Shown here: positions 12,301-21,542 of the stretch, piece after piece
Position numbering within the stretch: the stretch's first letter is position 1
How the letters are laid out: every line of letters starts with the position of its first letter
Assembly: GCA_903813345.2 (NCBI GenBank)
Contig: CAIIXF020000001.1
Coordinates: forward strand, 13,392,001-13,456,000
Origin: Owenia fusiformis
Lineage: Eukaryota
Length of the DNA stretch: 64,000 bases
Reading direction: 5' to 3'
Translations under genes and position numbers: made by a program
Notes under the pieces: model-generated
The model's input: only the letters and a program-made list of their open reading frames with translations
Told to the model about the DNA's origin: nothing
Database searches by the model: none

Positions 12301-15300
12301 TTTGCTTTCAGATAACAACACATTATGCTCCATTATCCCTCATCGCTCAGGTATCAGGGAACTGGGGAATGAATAGATGACAGGAATCTCCCGAAAATCA
12401 AGAAGAAACATATTCACAGTATCTTCCTAAATACACCTTGGAAAAAAAAAAATCATCTACTAGTGTAGTATATGTAACACTTGGACTTAGAACAATATGA
12501 TTTAAAATAAACATCAAAGTGACAAAGAAGAGACGTAGAACTGAAAAAAGAGCTCTAATACAGAGTGAGCTAAAAAAGGTAACCAAAACAAATCTCAATA
12601 ACTCAGTCACCTTGCATGGGTTTAGTGTCATATTTTGCACAACAAGCCTTGTCCAATGTATTAGTATACCAAGTTTTCAGTGGTTATCCCATCGAACAAA
12701 GTTCGGAGGGATATAGGGAGCGCCTCCGTCTGTCCGTCCGTCCGTACGTACATACGTCCGTCCGTCCGGGCAATAACTCAAATACCGTTGGCCCGATTTT
12801 GTTCATATTTTGTACACATATACCCTATGGGAGTAGAATGTCTGCTTGAAAGCCGATTTTCAAAATGGCGGCCATTTTAGTGACGAATTTACAGTAATTT
12901 AGGTGCAATATGTAAAATTTTTAAAAATGGCCACCATTTAAACGTATTTTACTATAACTCAAAAAGTAGTGGAGCCATTTTGTTCATATTTGGTATGTGA
13001 ATACTATAAGCATGACACACTGTCCTATGACACTTTTGGTAGATGGTGGCCATTTTGAAAAATGGCCACCATTTTAACGTATTTTACTATTACTCGAAAA
13101 GTAGTAAAGCGATTTTGTTCATATTTGGTATGTGAATACTATAAGCATGGCACACTGTTAAATGACACTTTTGGTAGAAGGTGGCCATTTTTCAAAATGG
13201 CCGCCATTTTAACGTATTTTACTATAACTCGAAAAGTAGTGGAGCGATTTTGTTCATATTTGGTATGTGAATACTATAAGCATGACACACTGTCCTATGA
13301 CACTTTTGGTAGAAGGCGGTCATTTTTCAAAATGGCCGCCATTTTAACATATTTTACTATAACTCGAAAAGCAGTGGAGCGATTTTGTTTATATTTGGTA
13401 TGTGAATACTATATCAAACATTCTGAAAGAATACGTTGGACAGTTGATTATTACATTATAAAGACACTCTTGAAAGAACCAATGTCCTATAAAACATAAA
13501 CAGTATTCATCCATTTAAAATGGAAGCTTTTTATTTAATTGTGTGATGTTACCAAATGTAAATATGTTTGTAAAACCACTCTGTTTAAATACAGGTAAAT
13601 AAATAATTAAATTAAATATAAGCACGGCACACTGTCTAATGGCACTTTTGGTAGAAGGTGGCCATTTTGAAAAATGGCCACCATTTTAAAGTATTACTAT
13701 AACTTGAAAAGTAGTGGAGTGATTTTGTTCATATTTGGTATGTGAATACTATAAGTATGGCACATGGTCTAATGACACTTTTGGTAGAAGGCGGCCATTT
13801 TGAAAAATGGCTGCCATTTTTGCTATATACTTTGTTTGTAAAAATGCCATCCATGGGTGTTCGATGGTATTCGCTACGCTTTGGCGTTGCCGTTGTTCTG
13901 GTTGTATCTCTAGTGGTCATGATTTTATGGCCATAAAATATGGGCGTCAAGTCTGGAGGCCAACTTGAACGTATTGGGCGTAGTCTTGTTCACAACACAA
14001 GCATAAACATTTTGTGTTATGGCTCTCATCTTCCTTCTTATCTCTTGTTTCAATGTTTCAAGGGTTGTTAGTGTAGAAAAAATAGACCCAAAGATAAAAA
14101 GCTGGTGGGATTTATGTCCAGTCAGTCATTTCGGCATTTGGACCATGTTTTGTAGATGACCATAAAATCGTGACTCTAAGGGACAGACCAATGACATTGA
14201 TTAAGGTTTAGTTGTGCCAAATATGATTTTGAACCCATGCTGAATGACTGAGTTATTTACATACATTTGTTTGGGTTACCTTTTTTTGGCTCACTCTGTA
14301 TGTAATAATCTTAGTTTTCCTTGAATAAAGTGTGAGATACATATGCAACCCAAATATATTCTAGAATTGAAACAATATAAGTAAAGATTGTTTGTTGCTT
14401 GATCTGATTCTACCTTTACCTATGTGAGGAATAATCAAAATAAAGAAAAATAAAGAAGTGGAACTTTAACCTTAAAAACTTGTAAAATGATTGTTTTTAC
14501 ACTTACATCATTATAACAGAGATATAGTGACAATGACAACTGACAAGATAGTAAAATCAGCTTGTAAAATCAGATGATAATCAAAACCAAAGTGCTGCCA
14601 AGACTTACACTCCCCTTCAAAAGTTTGGCTTTAATTTGAACAACTGCTTGGGCTGGAAATCTAAACTGATATAATTTCCTAGTATAACTTCATTTTTTCT
14701 CATTTTATATACAAAAGATTGCAAATTGATGGCAAATTAAATTCATTTTTAAAAATTGTCATCCAGATGTAAACCAAAAATGTTTTAACAAACTTTATTT
14801 TTTTAAAAAAATTGATATAATTTTTCAGGTTTTATAAAGTTATATGTCTCCAAAGTCAAAACTATGCTTTTTCAAGAAACATATCCCTTAAGATAACATA
14901 TGAGGTATGAGAATATCCACAAATTGAACTGAAGACTTAGCTAGTAAACAATGGCACCCTTATTTAAAGTGTTCGCATTGCTTATTTAAAGTGTTCATTG
15001 CATGTTATGTTAAAAATCAACCAGAGTAATCTAATAGGGAAGTTTGCAAAACTTGGAGTGGAGTGTAGATGGATATACGATAACGTGAGAATAAAGGGCG
15101 GATCAGTTAAATATAGAAAAAATCAGCATATACTTCCAGAATAGTAATAAGTTACATCCTTTGATATTTCACTTTTCATTCAAAAGACTGGAGAGACCAA
15201 TGGATCCATCTAGTTCATACTCCTTGTTTATCCCCGGTAAAAACGTCATATACACACTAGACGAAAACGCATCCAATGGACAACCCTATTGTGAAAAACG

Positions 15301-16379
15301 AACCTGACGGCAAACGAAAAGTCTGTCCGATAATGTACGCAATTGATATTTTTCGTCGTGTACCTTGAATATTATGATGAATTTCATTCATGTTATCGCG
15401 ATTGTGATTGTTTACAATGTATTACAGTATGTTTTGGCCGATTCAACCTAAAGAAGGTACTTCTAATTCTCCGTCAAAGACCAATACAAAATGCCGGAAA
15501 ATCGAAAAATAATTTTGTTATTGGCTGGATGAAGAAAACTAGGAGACGAATACTATTATTATTTAGCGAAAAAATAAGCTTATGATGTGGGCTTTCTGAA
15601 TCAAAAAAGATTGAAATTATTTTTTCATGTTAAAGGGGTCTAATTTATCGTTAAAGTAAGTGTTGTCAATGTAAACAAACATGTCGGCGAATTTGATTTC
15701 TCGTCTTTAAACAATGATATTTGTGTAATAGTTGAATACTATATTACGAATGTTAATGATTTAGAAACCCAATTTCAATAGCTCCATGCTCGTATATAAC
15801 ATTCTATATATCTCCCAATAATAATGAAATAAGAAGTAATTTTCTCAAGGGTAGTACAATTTTTTTCGAAAATCCAATGGATCAATCTTGATACGCGCGA
15901 GGTTATCACGCCACATCTTGGTGGGCACTATCGTGGGCGAAAGCTCATTGTCCAAATCGCTCTAGTTTGCGACGTTAAACACAGAAGAAAACTCACCCCT
16001 GCTATAAATTCAAAATAAACAGTTCAAAAGATTCGAACCAATATCTCGATCATTTCTTGTGAGTTTTGGAATTTTTCGTTTGGAAATAAGACCAAAATTC
16101 ACGATTTAAATGTTGAAGTGAACAAAATGGCGGCTGTTTGAATTCGAATTTTGTATTACGACATACCCATATATGGGACAGAATATCGGTGGTGCACTCT
16201 GGGAGCCAATCCTCCTTGCTAAATTGAAGAACAATGCATTCTCCGATTTTGATGACAGTTTCTCCAAAATGTAAAATGATACCTTATCTTACCATTGCAT
16301 CCGATCCATGTTTTCCCAGTGACGTGGGGAAGCGAATATCTTTGATGTCTACACCAGTAATTTTGGTCGGTTTTGCCAT
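360..16379 (-). CDS. ENOSF1: Mitochondrial enolase superfamily member 1 / L-fuconate dehydratase-like, 13 coding exons, ~454 aa
   Basis: Phase-consistent GT-AG exons: 16293-16379 ([29 protein letters not shown]), 6069-6171 or 7273-7372, 5122-5237, 4647-4733 ([25 protein letters not shown]), 3939-4006, 3497-3567, 3220-3302 ([15 protein letters not shown]), 2861-2983 (FKFKVG, KxK motif), 2475-2609 ([18 protein letters not shown]), 2068-2239 ([16 protein letters not shown]), 1625-1724 ([17 protein letters not shown]), 792-873, 360-497 (stop TAA). The motifs match the ENOSF1/FucD family. Confidence 0.95.
1334..1457 (-). mobile_element. HINE-like family B, short copy
   Basis: gcattaatatgcaaaatgtcaccacctgccatttgttac...ggagaccataa..atgccaccacttttggcggtgacataaaaa, shared with at least 6 other loci in the window. 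Confidence 0.65.
3001..3145 (-). mobile_element. HINE-like family B, short copy
   Basis: Same terminal blocks as 1334-1457. Confidence 0.65.
6069..6171 (-). CDS. ENOSF1: ENOSF1 exon 2, canonical copy (2a): [34 protein letters not shown]
   Basis: Acceptor tgtttctag, donor GTATAT, 103 bp, phase 0 in and phase 1 out; matches the family motif DPDYS...GxTFTxGxGT. Confidence 0.9.
6559..6625. repeat. Degenerate (CAGTA)n microsatellite between ENOSF1 exons 2a and 2b
   Basis: cagtacagtagggtacagtatggtacagtacag... Confidence 0.6.
7273..7372 (-). CDS. ENOSF1: ENOSF1 duplicated alternative exon 2 (2b): [33 protein letters not shown]
   Basis: Acceptor tgttttag, donor GTTAGA, 100 bp, no stops, same phases (0/1) as 6069-6171 and clearly homologous to it at the protein level. 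Confidence 0.8.
8482..9692. repeat. Tandem repeat, ~174-bp unit, ~7 copies, inside the 8.5-kb element
   Basis: Unit ttatttctgaaggttcat...aaatgtgggtccc...caccatatgaaaga restarts at about 8482, 8656, 8829, 9003, 9141, 9324 and 9517. Confidence 0.9.
10186..10808 (+). mobile_element. Internally deleted Tc1/mariner element
   Basis: TA-flanked TIRs cagggtgtcccgaaagtatggggg / ccccccatactttctggacaccctg. Internal relic at ~10380-10435 translates [18 protein letters not shown], resembling the Tc1 WPxxSPDLNPIEN motif. Confidence 0.8.
12561..14298. mobile_element. Tc1/mariner-type non-autonomous element interrupted by a HINE-like insertion
   Basis: TA-flanked TIRs cagagtgagctaaaaaaggtaaccaaaacaaat / atttgtttgggttacctttttttggctcactctg. 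Confidence 0.75.
12684..13899 (+). mobile_element. Helentron-associated (HINE/DINE-1-like) element, family A, with ~135-bp internal tandem repeats
   Basis: 5' subterminal atcccatcgaac, GTCC microsatellite, tandem aaaatggccgccatttt...ggtagaaggcggccatttt units, 3' gttcgatggtat plus hairpin gctacgctttggcgttgc. A second copy lies at 48909-50026. Confidence 0.75.
14608..15065. mobile_element. Tc1/mariner-like MITE
   Basis: TA-flanked imperfect TIRs cactccccttcaaaagtttgg / gcaaaacttggagtggagtg. Confidence 0.5.
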
Positions 16380-17198
16380 TTTTTATCTGCTGGTAAACGA
16401 CTACTTTATGGGGACACACCCCCATTCACGACATTGAATGACAACATTTCTCTTGTTATTTATTGATCTTTTGAAGAAATAAGAAAAGAGACTCGTATCA
16501 TGAATTATGCTCACAGATTTTACCTTCATTACTTTATCTATTTAAAGCAATATTATTCAATGCATTGTCGTAAAATTAAATATCATACAGGAGGGGGAAT
16601 AACCCAGGATTCATTGTCATGTATCTTTGAATCCTGGGTAATTTCATTCTCTTAGATTGATCCAACTAAATAATTTACTTTATTTGACAACAATCCTGAT
16701 TTTTAATGTAATCTGTTAAATCATTCAAATGTGGATGGTGCTTTCTGTCATTGGATCATTCATTTCAATGTATTTCAACAAGAGGGGGAGAAACCCCAGG
16801 GTTGGAAAGATGACATACGCTTATAATGTAAATCTGTATTGAGATGACATCGTCGCTGATTGGTTTAGCGAGTCAGTCCTTGATTGGTTTAAAACTAGGT
16901 CAATTTGAAAACTTCGAAAACCAAGATGGAAGGTAAGAACTTCCATGAAAGGAGGTACGCGAAGGAGGAAATCATATGTCATCAATTGACGCATGGGGGT
17001 TTCTCTCCTCTTTAACCAAATATTTTTGTGGGATTACTTGTTAAAGAGTAAGAATAAATAAATGTAACATAGATAAATGTAACATTCTATATAATTAGCC
17101 TCTTACCTTTTCTAGTTATATATTTTGCATGTTTTTCTAAAAATCCAACAGTGTAATCCATGGTATTCACTAAGTTTATTTTTAATGGCAACAATTTT

Positions 17199-17851
17199 GA
17201 AACAAGGCGTTAACATGACAAAATGTCACCACCTTGTTGCTCACAATATTATGAGTTTAATCTTAGTCAGATTTGAATTTCTTAGAATTCTTGTAGATGA
17301 TTTTGAAAAAATAAATTACTCAATTTGAAGCAAGTTGTAAAATGACCTTTTTTGACCCTGAGAAGGTCATTGAAGGTGGAATCTCAAATCTAAAGTCAGA
17401 TTTGAACTTCTGAGAACTTGTAGATGATTTTGAAAAAAAATTGGTCAGTTGAAGCAAGTTGAAAAAAGACCTTTTTGACCTTTTTTGACCTTGAGAAGGT
17501 CGTTGAAGGTCAAATCTCAAATCTAAAGTCTGATTTGAACTTCTGATAACTTGTAGATGATTTTGAAAAAAAGGTTAATTTGAAGGAAGTTGAAAAAAGA
17601 CCTTTTTTGACCTTGAAAAGGTCATTAAGATCAAATCTTAAGTATAAAGTCAGATTTGAACTTCTGGAGACAAGTAGATGATTTTGAAAAAAATTGAAGT
17701 CAGTCTAAACAGTATTTGTTAAGTTATTGGAAGTTGTAATTGGAATTTATTACAGACACTGATCGTCAACCGCCAATTGCCAACCACCGATCGCCATGAA
17801 AAAAAACGGAGACCATAACAATGTCACCACCTTTTGGTGGTGACATAAAAA
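17199..17851 (-). mobile_element. HINE-like family B, long copy with ~125-bp tandem repeats
   Basis: Family B termini enclose repeats of tgaccttgagaaggtcattgaaggtcaaatctcaaatctaaagtcagatttgaacttc. Confidence 0.75.
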
Positions 17852-18471
17852 CCTTTTCAACACTTTCAACTCTTGTGAATTTGAACATTTATGTACTTCA
17901 GTTTAAAAAAAAATTCAAATTCAAATGTCTCGGCTCATTGAAAAGGGATGTCTTCTTTTTATTCCAAAATTGTAATGCCACTACAACATAATATTATCAT
18001 AGTGACATATACAAAGGTTGGCTACATATGAGATTGGACAAAACATACCATTCCATTTTTATGAAAGTAGGTGACACTGGCATCTAACGTTGGTTAGTTT
18101 CTCTCCAAATATATTTGAGTCTGTCCATTGCAGATGCTAGGTAAATGAAGTATATGGATGTTCCAAAAGTCAAGCATACTTTTGTAATGTAGTCAAAGCA
18201 CTAAAAATGATATTTCAACAAAAAAATGTTTTTTTAGAAAAAACAACAGTTTATTTTCAACAAATAACTTAACTAGTACTATATAATGCTTACAAAATTA
18301 TTAATCTGTGGTACAAAAATAATTTATGTATGATTGTTTACAAATTATAAATAAATTAATAACTACAAAATATCCTATATTGTTCAAACACAATTAACCT
18401 TAATTACAATAGTTGAAGTTATTCTCACTTGGCTAAGTTGAAAACAGGCACTGGTGGAAATAAGATAAATA

Positions 18472-18618
18472 CAAGGTGACCCAAAAAGAATAGAAACACC
18501 AAAAATTGTTTCTGACCCAAAAAGAATAGAAACACCAAAAATTGTATTTTTCCATTTAACATTAAATTTCAGATCTCTTCAAAGTATGACATTATGGTTG
18601 TTGTTTTGGGTTACCTTG
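18472..18618. mobile_element. Small TA-flanked MITE
   Basis: caaggtgacccaaaa / ttttgggttaccttg, with an internal 31-bp direct duplication. Confidence 0.55.
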
Positions 18619-18889
18619 TACAAACTATACACATGTGATTTGTGTGGGAAAGAGCTTCTTTCAGTACAATAAATTCCCATATGTCGGGATTTGATGCCTT
18701 TTAATCTGGCCAACAAAATATAAGTTTTGAAATTGTTAAATAGATGGCTCTCACTCCAAAGGTTTTAATATTTTCCAATAATTAATGTTTTGATGAAACA
18801 TGATTGAATTAGTTACAAGATGTTGGATGTCAAAACACCAATTGGCAAATGTCAACCACTGAACACATAAAAATGTTGGAGACCATAGC

Positions 18890-19063
18890 ACTGTCTGTCA
18901 CATAACTTCAACAAAGAGCAATTGGTGAAAAATAACATGGCAGACATACAATTTAATTGTGACAGGTACAATAAAAATATTTGTGTACCTATCACAATCA
19001 AATTGTATTTCTATTATGTTATTTTTCACAACAATTGCTCTTTGAAGTTACATGACAGACAGT
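18890..19063. repeat. ~175-bp palindromic (foldback) element
   Basis: cactgtctgtca..aacttcaa..agagcaattg..tgaaaaataacat is mirrored by atgttatttttca..caattgctct..tgaagtta..tgacagacagtg. Confidence 0.7.
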
Positions 19064-19071
19064 GGAATTCA

Positions 19072-19179
19072 ATGAGGCATTAACATGCAAAATGTCACCA
19101 CCTGCCATTTGTTACAGACACCAAATACCAGCCACAAAAGACTATGAATATGTCACCATTTCTGGTGGTGACATAAAAA
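19072..19179 (-). mobile_element. HINE-like family B, short copy
   Basis: ggcattaacatgcaaaatgtcaccacctgccatttgttacagac...atgtcaccatttctggtggtgacataaaaa. Confidence 0.65.
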
Positions 19180-19617
19180 CCTAATGAGGTAAGAGCTTAC
19201 ATGTATATACATATTTCTGCAATGCATGGTTTTAAAAGTATGAAGTCATTTTGGTCAGATTAATAGACATCACTGCCCAATGCACCATTTTAAACATGGC
19301 ACGGTCTCTAGTTCGAGAGTTGTCCCAAAAGATTATGACTTAATAACTGCCAACATGGCAAAAACCTGTGGTATGATCAGAACTTCTTTTGACTAGACCT
19401 TACAATGAGATCAACAAATTACACTGGATAAGGTTACATATATAAAGGCTATATCACAACGGCATCAAATTTGAAATCTACATGAATTACAATGTAATAT
19501 ATAACTTTACAAGTACAAAATAATATTCTTAAATTGAGCATTCTAAATAACTATAACCTGAGTTTGTTCAGGTGAGACAATGCTTAACGCCATCCCACTG
19601 GGCCTAGCTTTACTTAT

Positions 19618-19780
19618 AAACAAGGCATTGACATGCAAAATGTCACCGCCTGCCATTCGTTACAGATGCTGACCGAAGAATGCCAAACACCCACAGTTAA
19701 ACAGAGAACACCATTTGCAGAACACGGTCCACAAATAAAATAGGAGACTATAACAATATGTCACCACTTGGGGTGAAAAA
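19618..19780 (-). mobile_element. HINE-like family B, short copy
   Basis: aaacaaggcattgacatgcaaaatgtcaccgcctgccattcgttacag...atgtcaccacttggggtg. Confidence 0.6.
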
Positions 19781-21542
19781 CACTACCATTGGTACTTTCT
19801 CACACTGGGGAGGGACTTCCAATGAAGCAAATCATTTGATATTTTGCTTGAATTCTTGTGGCAAGGCTTAAGGTAGCACCTCCCAAGTGGAGCACTTTTC
19901 ATAGGCACATGTACCAAAGATGTTTCACTTATACAGGTTTTACTTTATATGTTGAGATATTTTCACTCTACTATACCTTGCCTTTGGTGTTCATGAGCAA
20001 CCCGTTTGGCTCATTAGTAATGATTGTTAATTGTTTCTTTGTCTGTTCCTTATTAATGGTTTATCGGATCACCGTTAGATGTTAATAAGGCACTTTCAAA
20101 AATATACTAAACAATACAATTAGACAAAGTGACATATAGAGGTGACATACTGAATCGTGAACTTTGAACAACAACCTGATCAGATATACATATAAGTGTA
20201 CATTGTGCAGTCACACTCTATTTGGTGGACATTTTCATTGCTATTAAGAGACTTATCATTTTAAATTATTAATCTAATATATAAAACTAATTATTTCAAG
20301 CAATTACAGTTTGTAAAACATTTGGTCAAGCATGTTCAATTACACAATCAAAAAATAAGATATTTAGAAAACAATGCAAACACACAATATAAAAAAAAAA
20401 TCATTTGGCTATAATCAAGCTATATGTACATGTACATTTATATTAGATAGCACCAACAATCTAGCTTACCAAAATTACTCTACATGATTGCAAACACATG
20501 TATATATTTGACATGTAATAATGCTTGATTCCTGATTGCACCATTCACACTCATGGGGAATGGGGTTGCGATGATCCCAAAAAAATAATGCACAAATAAC
20601 TCATTTTCGCCAAAAGTTCCCTTCACAAAACAATGGCTTAAATGGGGTCCATTAACTTGAAAATAAATCCAATCCAACCAAAAAGTGTCCTCAATAACAA
20701 TAATAATGCTTTGCATGGCAAGAATATTTACAGGAGCACTGTCACTGTCTCAACATTAGGGAGGTTAAGCCACATGTTTTTAAACTTGTATCTGAATGTG
20801 TAATTCTATGATACACAGAGTTAACTGCCCCCCTCTCAATTAGTTCCTTGTAACAACTTTGTTCCATAACTCCACATGTTCATGTGCAGTTTTCTGCAAA
20901 ACATGTGCATTAGCTTAACAATGTTTCATAAAGATTAATTTAATAAAAAAATTCACTCTTTTAACCATTTTTTGTCAAAAACAGGTATTTTTTAAATATT
21001 CTTTTTCATATAACATATTGAATTTTGATCTAGCAAAAGCTCAATACACAATAGCATGCTTTTTTCACAAAATATCAAAATGCCCTTTATAAATGAAAAA
21101 GAAAGGATTTATATCATCCTTGTGCTTCATTCCTAAAAACATACCCCAGATCTACATACATATACAAGATTCATTCACTCTTATAAAGGCGAACATGCTT
21201 TAAAATCAGGCTTTTAATAATATCATGCTTTTTCATGCTCTCCTTATTTAAATCATGCGCTTCCATAGAGGCATATTCCAATCTCCCTCTTTATAGTCAT
21301 GTTATATTCCCATGGAATATGGGTCTGCATGGTACAATAAGATTTGAGTTTTGTCCTTCCATATTTGATTCACTTAGGGATCATTTTCATCATGTTTCGT
21401 AGGCTGTTTATGTTCATATACAAAAACAGTTACAAAGTCAGTTTGCCCATTCGGATCCCTATATTATCTGGAGAGCGTTAGAATTCTATCAAACGTGCAG
21501 TCTTCTACTTCATCGCCAAGTTCCAATGTTTTCATAGTCTGT

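Larger units (their letters stand above)
7728..16218. mobile_element. 8.5-kb non-autonomous TIR DNA transposon with 9-bp TSD (AcademH- or Mutator-like; superfamily unresolved)
   Basis: Perfect 20-bp TIR CAAGGAGGATTGGCTCCCAG at 7728-7747 and its reverse complement ending at 16218, with a further CGATATT match after a 10-nt spacer at both ends. Direct repeat CTAAATTGA at 7719-7727 and 16219-16227. No transposase ORF seen. Confidence 0.85.

Noticed and set aside
13062-13499. 145-aa repetitive ORF
   Set aside because: Arises from the 135-bp (multiple of 3) tandem unit of a HINE-like element; no protein features.
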